From the NCBI RefSeq assembly GCF_036323395.1, contig NZ_AP028907.1, positions 450,001-482,000 of the forward strand: 32,000 nucleotides of DNA, in the 5' to 3' direction. The notes below the pieces were generated by a model, which saw nothing but the letters and a program-made list of their open reading frames with translations, was not told where the DNA came from and ran no database searches. Shown here piece after piece: positions 1 to 8,634 of the stretch (its first letter is position 1; each line of letters begins with the position of its first letter). The translations under genes and the position numbers were made by a program. The stretch is from Pyrodictium abyssi (GTDB taxonomy: Archaea; Thermoproteota; Thermoprotei_A; Sulfolobales; Pyrodictiaceae).

Positions 1-60
1 GCTGTGGGCTCGGTCCTCGGTGCTGGGAGGATGGGGGAGAAGGAGGAGGGGGGCGGCGGG

Positions 61-91
61 CTGTGGGGCGGCGAGGGCGGCAGCCGGGGCT
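61..91. repeat. Third copy of the GC-rich intergenic motif (core gcgagggcggcagccggggct, 71-91), also found at 25895-25915 and inverted at 23607-23631
   Basis: Read directly. The 21-nt core is identical to 25895-25915. Flanking similarity extends to about 61-91 vs 25888-25915 with one mismatch and a 3-nt indel. It lies about 180 nt beyond the 3' end of the KaiC-like pseudogene. Confidence 0.85.
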
Positions 92-269
92 CCTCCGCGT
101 TCTTCTGGCGGGCTGTTCCGCCGGGTGCTAGTGTTCTGGTCCTGGGTGCTAGAAAACATGGGCGGAGGAATTGCCTTACATGACATGTTCCGCAAGTTTT
201 AACAAGACGGCTCCTCTATATGGCTGGGTGTTCCTTGTCTACATGAGGTGTTCCGTCTGGGGCCGGTTC

Positions 270-1748
270 CTAGTATATGCAGCGTTCCTCCAGTAGCAGG
301 TCTAGCCGGTACTCCTCTATCACGGATAGCCCCGCGGTGGGTGTGGCCACGTTGAGGCGGAACCGGTGAACCGTCTCCTTCCGGCCCTGCTCTGTGAGCC
401 TCACGTCAACCCCTAGCGAGTCTACGTCTAGCCTTATGTCGGCTATGGAGCGGAGTACGCGTAGGAGCTTCTTCTCCTCGGGGGCGGCGTCCACGGAGTA
501 GATGTAGAAGGTTGTTACTCCCTCGCTGCGTAGCCGGAGCAGTGTGTTGATGAGCGGGTTCTCGGCCTCGCTGCCGTATAGGCTCTCTACCAGCTCTATG
601 CCGTCTAGAATAAGTATTGTGGGTGCTTCTCTCTCGACGAGGGAGGCTACTAGCGGAGGTATATGGGCGGGGATGTGCGCGGTCGGGTTAACCGTCTCGA
701 GGACTATCTCTTCGCCGGGTTTCTCTGTCGGCTATTATCCTGTAGATGCAAGACACCATCTTGCCTAGGAACCGCAGTGAGGACCGGAAGCTCATGATAG
801 CCACTTTCCCATTGCTGCACCGCTGTAGTGTGGCCGCGAAGAACGGTACTATGAAGCAGCTCGAGGTGCTCTCGGAGAGGGATACGAGCACCTGGGCGCC
901 CGGGTAGAAGTGCACTGAGGCCATGAGGTCTGGGGGCGCGGGGCCGCCGGTGAGTGTGAGCACTCTGGTTATGAACTCCCGCCTCCCCTCGCGGGCGACG
1001 CGCATCATGTCTAGCAGGCTGTAGCTTCTTTCGGCTTCTGTAGCGGCTTCTCTCCCCGGCTCCTCGGGCGCGACCACCTCTATGACCTTGCTGGGGACTA
1101 TCTCGAAGGGGAGTTCCACCTGGTGTATGGGGCCTAGCGCGCCTTGCGCAGCTCCATTATGCGGTAGGCCTTGCCCCGTAGGGTTGTGAGGCGGAGCACT
1201 ATGACAGCGTCTACTACGAACTCCTTGACGCCGTAGCCGACTGTCTTGGCGCCGTAGGGGTGCTCCGCTATGAGCAGGGTTACGACGCCTAGCTTCTTCA
1301 TAGCGTTTACGAAGAAGTTCTGCATGAACTCGCGGGCACGGGTCTTGTCGCCCACCATCTGTAGTATGACCGTAACGCTGTTGACCACGAGCCTCCGTAT
1401 ACCGTGCTCCTCGACGAATTGGGCCATCTCCTCTAGCTGGGCTATCAGCGCCTCCTCGTCAACGACCGTGAGCGCCTCCATGTAGTGTACTAGGCCCTTC
1501 TCCTCGTAGGACCGGAGGTCCAGGCCGAGCCGCTTCATGTGCTCGAGGAACTCGTCGTGGGGCTCCACGAAGCTCACGTAGAGTCCGGGTTCGCCCCTCC
1601 GGGCCCCTCGTAGATGAACCGGGCTGCGAAGCTGGACTTACCCGTACCCGGGTTACCGGCCACAAGCACGATAGCGCCGCGGGGCACGCCGCCTAGCAGG
1701 CGGTCTAGCTCCTCAATACTCAATACCTATGTTCACGAACCTTGTCAT
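270..1748 (-). pseudogene. Decayed two-domain KaiC/RecA-like ATPase paralogue
   Basis: Minus-strand fragments 1134..1577, 688..1119 and about 715..270 are collinear with the intact paralogues at 23924..25399 and 28544..30091 (EALTVVDEEAL, LLIAEHPYGAKTVGYG, ELRKAR, ELPFEIVP, C-terminal EERCIY vs ERRCVY). Walker A GNPGTGKS is readable at about 1634-1660 but in a different frame. Lesions seen: 7-bp tandem duplication at 1713-1726; 1-nt loss within 1591-1606; in-frame TAG at 1134-1136 where the paralogues have Trp (KARW); 1-nt loss at about 1128-1133; frameshift at about 715-726. Confidence 0.85.
1713..1726. repeat. Perfect 7-bp tandem duplication (tcaatac x2) disrupting the 5' end of the KaiC-like pseudogene
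   Basis: The plus strand reads c-tcaatac-tcaatac-c. On the coding strand this turns the expected GIEELDRLL (compare GIEGLDKLL in KaiC-A) into GIEY-stop. Confidence 0.9.
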
Positions 1749-2421
1749 TGCGTAGCCGCACCTCCACTAGCGCCGGGTACCGGAGGGGCTCCGAGCCGCG
1801 CTCCGGGGGCCGGGGGGCCTTGGCTAGGGCCCTTCCAGCTAAGCCCGGCCTCTCCAGCCCTAGGCGGGTCTGTACAGTTTCTAGCCTCCGAAATATAGGG
1901 TGTAGCCCACGTGGCTTCTGTACGCGGCATGTATGATACTTATGCGTAGGCTGTTACCTGTGGCACTAGACCATTATAGGTTAGGTGTCTGGCTTACGCT
2001 CGTGTGAGCTGTACACGGGCTAGCTCCTGTACGCCCAGCCCACATGGGCGCCCGTCTTGGGGTAATACCCAGGACGTGATTTAGGCGGGCATCTATGCGC
2101 GTGGAGCCCGGGAGCGGGGCACCCGCCCCAGGCCCATTCAGTCTCCATGGCGGGGTGTTGGGCGGGGAGGGGTGGCGGTAGACGCGCCCTGGGAGGCCGT
2201 GGCTATGGTGGCTAGGGGTCTTCGGGGCATGGTCGAGTTAACTCCCGGTTAACTTCACCGCCAGTAGATTTAACCACCCCGGGCGGATTCGAATGCACTG
2301 GGTGCCCGGCCCGGGGGCCTGGCCGTCGCCACGGGGAACCCGGAGCCCCGCAGATATGTGGCTCCTGGAACGTCCTAGCACGGGGGACGGGGCTGGGCTC
2401 TGTGTGGGCGGGCTCTAGGCT

Positions 2422-2904
2422 CTACTGTTTCTGCCTGGCTATTTCCCGGGCGTAGCGTGGTGGTGTGAGGACCTCTATCTGGAGCCTGGCTAGGCTGTCT
2501 AGGTCGTAGTCCCTGAGGCTCCACGAGAGCAGTATGACCCTCGGGTGGCGCTCCCGGAGGAGTGCTGATGCGACGAAGAAGGCGTCGTCGAGGTCTCTAA
2601 CGTATCTTGTTGCCTCGTGTAGGTACTCTCGTATCTCCTCGGTGCTTATCTGCCTTGCATCCGATAGGAGGAGTCTTGCAGCGTCGCGGAGGCTGTCGGG
2701 ATCCGCGTGGATTCTACTGGCTAGCTCTTCTAGGTGCTCCTCTACTTCTTCTAGCAGGACTTGAGGGTAGTATGTCGGCCTTGTCCTGGAGACTAGGAGT
2801 ACGAGTCTCCGCGTGAACCCGCTCCGTAGGAGCCAGGCTACGACTGTGTTAGTATCAAGGATAACCGCTTCCTCAGCCCCTCCTTCACCCTCTCCTCGAG
2901 CCAC
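2422..2904 (-). CDS. PIN-domain protein (VapC-like toxin candidate)
   Basis: 160-aa ORF with a PIN-type acidic signature: N-terminal VILDTNTVV, central EE, later DLDDAFF. It overlaps the small upstream ORF as toxin-antitoxin pairs do. Only an ATG start at 2904 is available in this frame. Confidence 0.6.
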   Translation of the reverse strand: MARGEGEGGAEEAVILDTNTVVAWLLRSGFTRRLVLLVSRTRPTYYPQVLLEEVEEHLEELASRIHADPDSLRDAARLLLSDARQISTEEIREYLHEATRYVRDLDDAFFVASALLRERHPRVILLSWSLRDYDLDSLARLQIEVLTPPRYAREIARQKQ

Positions 2905-3098
2905 TCGGCCTCCTCGTTGAGGCCCCCGTTCGGTAGCAGTTGTTCGATCAGCACGAGCTTCGTGGCGACGACTACGAGGTCCTCCTCTGGTAGACCGAGC
3001 TTCTCTGCCGCTCTACTCACCTCGTCTGGTAGAGTAACTCTGACTGTTCTCGCCACAGCAGAGCCCCATTCTACGGCTCGACAAGCCGCCCTCCTCAT
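2838..3098 (-). CDS. Small partner protein of the PIN gene (antitoxin candidate)
   Basis: 86-aa ORF immediately upstream of and overlapping the PIN ORF. It contains VRVTLPDEVSRAAEKLGL, typical of short RHH/AbrB-like antitoxin N-termini. The real start may be an internal GTG. Confidence 0.4.
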   Translation of the reverse strand: MRRAACRAVEWGSAVARTVRVTLPDEVSRAAEKLGLPEEDLVVVATKLVLIEQLLPNGGLNEEAEWLEERVKEGLRKRLSLILTQS

Positions 3099-3327
3099 CT
3101 CTGCTTCTGCGGGCGTCGATGGGTATACCGGGGCGCCCCTAGCGCTATGGCTCAGAGGTTTTGCGGCATGTTATGGGAATGCTGCTCCGGGCTCGCCAGT
3201 GGTGCTGCCGGGTCTCGTGGCTGGCCCCGATACGTTTCTGGAGGAGCGTGGCGGGGGTGTTCTCCGTTAGTGGGGCTGTGTAAAACCTTAGGTCGTGTGT
3301 GGAGCCCTGGGGGGCTTCGCCTCTCGG

Positions 3328-4284
3328 CTAGCTTACGCCTGCAACGCGTATGTCTATGTAGAGTGGGAGGGTGTCGAATAGGGCTCCTTCTCTTATCTCG
3401 TAGTAGACTATTGCGTCGAAGAATGCTGCTCCGCTAGACAAGTCGTTCTTATCAAGCACCATTACTGTAGTCGGCTCGTATATCCCGAAGACGGCCTTGA
3501 TCTCGCGCCCGCCTGTCCCGGATTTCGCTAGTACTATGTCTAGCTGGTTGAAGTAGCCGCGCAGCTGATCAGCATTGGTGAGCGTGAGCACGAGTTTCGC
3601 GACGTCTACACCAGTGTTAGGGGTTACTATGAGCCAGCCTGTTTTGACCAATTGGTCGGCTGCGCCCGCAGAGCCTTGTATCCTCAGTATATCGGTTGTA
3701 GCCACGCTCACCGGCTCGACTGTGGCGCTGGCTTCGCCTAGACCCCAGCCGGCTCCTGTCCCAGGCTCATCCCAATCTTCTCCTCCTAGGCCCTCTATGG
3801 GTGTCAACTCCTCGGGCTCCTCGCTTGGTGTTTCAGCCTCTACCGGGAACTCGTCGCTGTAGGTGTAGCTCTCTACCTCTGCAGGCTCCCATCCCTCCTC
3901 GCTGGGTTCGACAGACAGCATAGATTGGTCCCAGCATTCTCCGGCGCAGGCGCATTCACAGAGCTGAGCGTTATTGGTTTTATTCATGCAGTCGTGCCAG
4001 CACTTGTTCTGCATAATGCTGTACTCTTCGGAGCCGGGCTCTACGGCTTCCGGCAGTATTGGTCCGCAGATTTCCCGGATTTCCTCGTAAGAGAAGCCTT
4101 CTCCCTTGTACTCGGCCCAGCAGTCCCATGGCATCTCTTGCTCTATGCTGTATCCTTCTTCGCCTATGCTCCACTCCGGCTGGGTCATGTACTCATAGTC
4201 GCTGGCGAAGGCTCCTAGGAGGGCTAGGGCGGTGATGGATGTTACCAGTGCTGCCAGGCTGAGGAGTACTAGGTTGTTACGCAT
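3328..4284 (-). CDS. Secreted or membrane-anchored Cys-rich acidic protein with a beta-rich C-terminal domain; function unknown
   Basis: The ATG at 4284 is preceded by a strong SD (GGAGGTGGAGG, plus-strand 4292-4302, 7-nt spacer). N-terminus MRNNLVLLSLAALVTSITALALLGAFA is a signal peptide or TM segment. It is followed by a roughly 100-aa segment with 9 Cys (CWHDC, CECACAGEC), an acidic Glu/Pro linker and a roughly 125-aa C-terminal region of alternating hydrophobic pattern. The track ORF extends to a GTG at 4347, but that N-terminal extension is Pro/Gly-rich and lacks an SD. Confidence 0.65.
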   Translation of the reverse strand: MRNNLVLLSLAALVTSITALALLGAFASDYEYMTQPEWSIGEEGYSIEQEMPWDCWAEYKGEGFSYEEIREICGPILPEAVEPGSEEYSIMQNKCWHDCMNKTNNAQLCECACAGECWDQSMLSVEPSEEGWEPAEVESYTYSDEFPVEAETPSEEPEELTPIEGLGGEDWDEPGTGAGWGLGEASATVEPVSVATTDILRIQGSAGAADQLVKTGWLIVTPNTGVDVAKLVLTLTNADQLRGYFNQLDIVLAKSGTGGREIKAVFGIYEPTTVMVLDKNDLSSGAAFFDAIVYYEIREGALFDTLPLYIDIRVAGVS

Positions 4285-5074
4285 TTGGATGCCTCCACCT
4301 CCCCGTGGCTGGGGCAGGGGCGGAGGACCAGGGTTCTCTCTTGGCACCCCTATCCTTGCTGGGGGAGGGGGTGGCCTAAGAGATAGAACCCGGGGGGCTC
4401 CGCTCCCTGCGGTGTAGTGAGGGATCCGGCACCATACATAAAGGTATTGAATTTTATGCCATAGAGCAAAACATAAAAATCATGCCGGGTGTTAGCCGGG
4501 TCTTGGCCTGCATTCCTACATGCCTTTGCCGGGGCTTTCTCTCTAGTGCTCTGATTCATTGTGCAGGCCTCCTAGAGGGCCACGGGCTCTGGCTGGGGCT
4601 GGCCGCTGCGGAGTACGCGGCATGTAGTGGATATAGCGTATGTCTTGTGTATCTATGAGATGGCCTCGTTCTCGCGGAGTACTACGACTGCATCTGTGCT
4701 CTGTGCCTCTGTACTGGTAGGCTGCCTCTAGACTTCGGATGGTAGATACGGTTTGAGGTATGAGGTATTATGGTGAAGGAGATGTGGAGAGGATAGTTGT
4801 TGGGCCGCCGGGCGGTGGTGCATGGGGTTCTGGGCCCGGTCGGCCCAGGGGGTGAGGCGTTGCCTCGGCTGCCGCCCCCGCCCTGCTAGCCATGTAAACA
4901 TGGGTGAAAGCAGTGAGTTATAACCTTTATCGCGTGTTAACGGTGTTCAATAGTGTAGAACTGTGTAGTCGCCCTGGGGCCGCTTACCAGCCAACATCGC
5001 TTGAGCGGGGCTGTAGACTCTCATAACCCTGTACTTCGGGTTAATAGTTTTTGTGTTGCCGTGGCCTAGAGGGG

Positions 5075-6145
5075 CTATGAGCTGCTGGCCCAGTACCGCT
5101 TCTTTAGCTCCTCTAGGGCCTGGGGGAGGAGGGGGTCTACCACCCGGTACTCTCTACTGGGGGTCTTCTCCACGAAGCTGTATTTCACGAGGTTGTGGAG
5201 TAGCCGGTCGTACTTACTGTCGGGTATGCGGCCTACGAGGCCCTCGGCGTAGTGCTTTATGTCGCTCCAGGTGCGCAGCCCACGGGTGATGGCTGTCAGT
5301 ATGGCTAGGTATCTCCGCGGCGAGTGCTTGACGAGCTTCTCGAGCTCTCTTGCTAGGAGGTTCTTGGCGTCCTCTTCTAGCCTCTTTAGCGCGTCCCGGT
5401 GGGCTAGCCCGTAGGTCGTCCTGTAGTACCCGTAGTATGAGAGCCAGCCTACTATCCCGTCGAGCGTGTCTACAGCATCCTCTATCTCCTCCATGGTGGC
5501 TGGTAGCTTTGCTTCGCTAAAGCCTCTCTGGAGGTAGTCGATGGACTGGTCTCTGCTGAACCTCTCTAGGAGTATCTCTAGCCTTGGGCGGCCGAAGAGG
5601 GGTGACTCGGCCTCCTGGAGCCTCAGGAACTCGTTGAGGACGCCTATCTCGCTCCCAGTCACCACGAACGTGACATGCTCTAGGCTGTCTATGCTCCATG
5701 CTAGTATCCTTCTCCACGCCGGTATTACCCGGAGCTCTTGTGCCTCGTCGAGCACGATTACGAGCCTTGTCCCCCGTCTCCGTGCCCACCGGTCAACCTC
5801 CTCTAGGACGCTGGTGAGCAGCCTGTCCTCGCGCCTCGCCCTCCGGACTTTTATGCCTCCAAGCTCGATGCCGAGATCCATGGACTCTATGTACTCCATG
5901 ATGCTGTGTAGTGTCCCCCGGAGGGTCTTCAGCTTGTCAAGCTTCTTCAGGAAGTCCATGATAGCTTTCCCGATGACTTGAGGCGAGAGTAGTGATGGGT
6001 TCTCAGCGTACCTTCTCAAGTCTATGAAGAGAAATGGTACGTCTAGCTCGGTGAGGCCTACCCGGACGAAGCTGGTCTTCCCTATCCTGCGGACGCCGTA
6101 GACTACTATCAGTCCCTCTCCAGCATGTATGCCTCGGTAGAGCAT
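5075..6145 (-). CDS. Archaeal ATPase family P-loop NTPase (Arch_ATPase with C-terminal DUF234-like wHTH)
   Basis: Walker A GVRRIGKTS and Walker B VIVLDEAQ. The length (356 aa) and the C-terminal RRYLAILTAI...SDI segment fit the family. Confidence 0.75.
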   Translation of the reverse strand: MLYRGIHAGEGLIVVYGVRRIGKTSFVRVGLTELDVPFLFIDLRRYAENPSLLSPQVIGKAIMDFLKKLDKLKTLRGTLHSIMEYIESMDLGIELGGIKVRRARREDRLLTSVLEEVDRWARRRGTRLVIVLDEAQELRVIPAWRRILAWSIDSLEHVTFVVTGSEIGVLNEFLRLQEAESPLFGRPRLEILLERFSRDQSIDYLQRGFSEAKLPATMEEIEDAVDTLDGIVGWLSYYGYYRTTYGLAHRDALKRLEEDAKNLLARELEKLVKHSPRRYLAILTAITRGLRTWSDIKHYAEGLVGRIPDSKYDRLLHNLVKYSFVEKTPSREYRVVDPLLPQALEELKKRYWASSS

Positions 6146-6222
6146 GCCTAGCTCTCTATCACGGTCGTAGAAGTCCTCCCTCCGGGTCTTGGGGGCGCGG
6201 CTGAAGAGCAGGGGCTCGGCTC

Positions 6223-6251
6223 ACCCCCGGGTGTGTTACGCACCCGGGGGT
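6223..6251. promoter_or_regulatory. Perfect hairpin/palindrome (11-bp arms, 7-nt spacer) in a divergent intergenic region
   Basis: acccccgggtg-tgttacg-cacccgggggt read directly. It abuts the in-frame stop (6221-6223) upstream of the Arch_ATPase ORF. The sequence is certain; any function is unknown. Confidence 0.35.
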
Positions 6252-6455
6252 TAGTAATAGCTCTGCTGCCCCCGCCAGCCTTGGCTAGGCAGCCTAAGGC
6301 TACGGGCTATTGACGCGCGGCTAGCTCCGAGCTGCAGCGGCTGGCATCCAGTTAGCCTCTCATAAGCATGGGCCGTGGTGGGGGCAAGGCGCCCGGCGAG
6401 GTAGGGGACTATAGGGCTCTCCCCGCGACGCTATGCAGTAGGCCCGGAGGGCCTG

Positions 6456-7067
6456 GTGCGGGAGGCTTGGGCTATGTATTGCCAGCGTGGAGCCTCGGAG
6501 CATCTTGTAGCGCTAGCATTGGCCGTCACAGTGCTGCCATGGCTGGTGATAACCGTCTCGTGGAGTCTTAACCCGTGGTTTGACCCGTTACGGGGCGCGT
6601 ACAGCGACCTCGGCTCCCCCGGGGCGCGGTATCCCTGGGTGTTCAACCTGGGCATGATCGTGTCCGGCGCCCTCGTGGTGGCTCTGGGCATAGTGGTCTA
6701 CCGTGTCTCGGTGTCGAGGCTGGAGGCGGCTGGGGCGGCCCTCCTGTCGGAGGCTGGGGTCTTCCTGGCGCTTGTCGGCTTGTTCCCTGAGGGGACTAGG
6801 CCCCACAGCTTTGTGGCTACATGGTTCTTCCTCCAGCTATACGCGTCCTACGTGGTGCTCGGGGTGGCGCTCCGCCGGAGGGGGCTAGCGGAGGGGCTCG
6901 CCCTGGCAGCCGTGGGGGCGCTAGCGGTGCCGCTCGCAGGCCTGGTAGAGTTTCTCGTGGGCTGGCCCTCCGTGGCTGTGCTGGAGACCTATGCGGTGCT
7001 AGCAGCCGACGTGGGCGCAGTACTGCTCGCGACGGCCTACCGGCGGGCCCAGGGCCCCTGCAGCTAG
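6456..7067 (+). CDS. Polytopic membrane protein, DUF998-like
   Basis: 203 aa with about 6 hydrophobic segments. The motif AYSDLGSPGA...FNLGMIVSGAL resembles the DUF998 SDLG signature. Confidence 0.55.
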   Translation: MREAWAMYCQRGASEHLVALALAVTVLPWLVITVSWSLNPWFDPLRGAYSDLGSPGARYPWVFNLGMIVSGALVVALGIVVYRVSVSRLEAAGAALLSEAGVFLALVGLFPEGTRPHSFVATWFFLQLYASYVVLGVALRRRGLAEGLALAAVGALAVPLAGLVEFLVGWPSVAVLETYAVLAADVGAVLLATAYRRAQGPCS

Positions 7068-7232
7068 AACGCTAGCACGGTTAACGAGGCTGCGGGCCCA
7101 GAGCCGGAGTACACTACAAGTATGCCAGTCGCTCTGGACCAGGGTGGCGGGGCCGCCACCAGGTATTAGGCTGCTGGATGCGTAGTCCCCCGGGGATGCG
7201 GCGGAAAGCCGCTTCATGGAGGTGCATGAGGC

Positions 7233-7475
7233 GTGGCTCGTGTAATCGACCTGCGGGGTGGCGACTATGGGTGCCGCTCTAGCCCTATAGTCCTCCTCGT
7301 AGACCACATTTCGAGGATAAAGACGAGCGGTGAGCGGGGCCAGGAGTACGAGTTCATACTCGACAGCGATATGGCACCGCGTAGCCTCGTCGTAGATTAC
7401 ATCGAGCGCAGCGGCCTAGAGGTCCTGGAGGTCCGGGAGGAGGACAACACGCTCCGGATAAGGGTCCGGTACTAG
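7233..7475 (+). CDS. Small TusA/SirA-like protein with a degenerate active-site motif
   Basis: 80 aa with a GTG start. IDLRGGDYGCRSSP replaces the canonical DLRG..CP.P motif. The remaining pattern (EFILDSD...IERSG..V) is TusA-like. Confidence 0.35.
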   Translation: MARVIDLRGGDYGCRSSPIVLLVDHISRIKTSGERGQEYEFILDSDMAPRSLVVDYIERSGLEVLEVREEDNTLRIRVRY

Positions 7476-7503
7476 CCCTCATGGTCCTCTGGGGCCTGGT
7501 GCC

Positions 7504-8241
7504 TTGTGTGGTCTTCTGGGGTGTAGAGCTGGCTCCCTCCTACTCCTCCTGTATGCTGGCGTGTCGCTGCTGGTCGTGGCTGGGGCCGGGTACCGCTGGC
7601 TGCACGTCCTGGGCAGCATCGCGTACGTGGCGCTCGCTGTGCATAGTGCAGCTGTGGCCCACGGCTGGCGCCGGTTCCTCGTGGCGGCTAGCGCCGGGCT
7701 GGCTGTCGTCTTTGCGGCGGAGTACGCGGGTGTTAACTACTGCGTGCCCTTCGGCTGCTACAGCTACAGCCCGGCCATGAGGCCCATGGTGGCTGGTGTG
7801 CCGGTGCTCGTGGCCGCTATGTGGATAGCTCTCTCGTACCCGGTGTACCTCGCCTCGTGGTTGCTCCTCCGCCGGCCCCCTGGGCTTCTGGTGGTGGTCC
7901 TCGCTTCGGCGGCGCTGCTGACCCTAGTGGACGTGGCTATGGATCCTGCGCTCACGGGGCTGGGGCTCTGGAGGTGGGCCCAGGGAGGCCCCAGCTTCTA
8001 CGGTGTACCTCTGTCCAACTTCCTGGGCTGGTTCCTCGTGGGGCTTGTGCTCTACACGATCTACGGCCTCCTCCTAGGGAGGCCCTGGCCCGGCTGCACG
8101 TGGCAACCCCTGGCTGGCTACTCTGTGTTCACGGCCCAGCTCTCGCTGATAAACACCGAGCAGGGCTACGTGGCTCCCTCTGTCTTGGCGGCTCTGCTAG
8201 CGGTGCTCTACGCGCTGCTAGCTGTGGCTGTGCGCCGCTAG
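7504..8241 (+). CDS. Membrane protein, DUF422 (CruF / carotenoid-biosynthesis-protein-like) family
   Basis: 245 aa with a TTG start. It carries the motifs AEYAGVNYCVPFGCYSYS (E..G...PFG.Y.Y) and GVPLSNFLGWF. Confidence 0.55.
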   Translation: MCGLLGCRAGSLLLLLYAGVSLLVVAGAGYRWLHVLGSIAYVALAVHSAAVAHGWRRFLVAASAGLAVVFAAEYAGVNYCVPFGCYSYSPAMRPMVAGVPVLVAAMWIALSYPVYLASWLLLRRPPGLLVVVLASAALLTLVDVAMDPALTGLGLWRWAQGGPSFYGVPLSNFLGWFLVGLVLYTIYGLLLGRPWPGCTWQPLAGYSVFTAQLSLINTEQGYVAPSVLAALLAVLYALLAVAVRR

Positions 8242-8334
8242 TCCCCTCCACCGGAGCCCAGCAGGGGCACCATGGGCAGGCTGGAGTGCCTCTATGCTTA
8301 GAACCCTGGCCCGGTTCCCTACAGACCCATTGCT

Positions 8335-8634
8335 GTGGGGTGGTCTGTGGTGGCGCAGCAAGAGGGGGTAGTCGATCTGCGTGGCAGGATATGCCCGGAG
8401 CCCTACGTGCGGGCCATGAAGCTCCTAGAGCAGGCGCCCCGTGGCGCGGTGCTCCGGCTGCTCATGGACTCGTGGCGTTGCGTGATAATGCTGGTGTCGG
8501 CGGTCAAGGCGCTGGGCATGAAGGTGGACGTGGCCAAGCATGAGGATGGCAACAGCTTTCTGGTGACGATCGAGAAGACCGTTGGGGGAGAGGGCGAGGG
8601 TCAGCAGCCGGGGCAGCAGGGAGGAGGGGCCTAG
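8335..8634 (+). CDS. TusA/SirA-family sulfur-carrier protein
   Basis: VVDLRGRICPEPYVRAMKLL carries the canonical DLRG..CP.P motif. It has a Gly/Gln-rich C-terminal tail. The start may be an internal GTG. Confidence 0.7.
   Translation: MGWSVVAQQEGVVDLRGRICPEPYVRAMKLLEQAPRGAVLRLLMDSWRCVIMLVSAVKALGMKVDVAKHEDGNSFLVTIEKTVGGEGEGQQPGQQGGGA

Noticed and set aside
1614-1936. Overlapping ORFs of 61-94 aa on both strands (1614..1898, 1742..1936, 1745..1930)
   Set aside because: Their translations are Pro/Gly/Ala/Arg-rich and low in complexity, as expected from random frames in GC-rich non-coding DNA. They overlap one another and have no recognisable motifs. Only the ATGA junction at 1745-1748 is used, in a finding.
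2287-2295. ggattcgaa (the minus strand reads TTCGAATCC), resembling a tRNA T-loop
   Set aside because: The flanking bases do not form a T-stem, and no acceptor, D or anticodon arms could be built on either strand. It is not called as a tRNA.
7821-8543. 240-aa plus-strand ORF overlapping the DUF422 gene and the TusA-like gene; also 7481..7780
   Set aside because: They are out of frame with well-supported membrane and TusA ORFs. Their composition is dominated by Arg/Gly/Ala/Pro, which marks them as GC-driven shadow ORFs.
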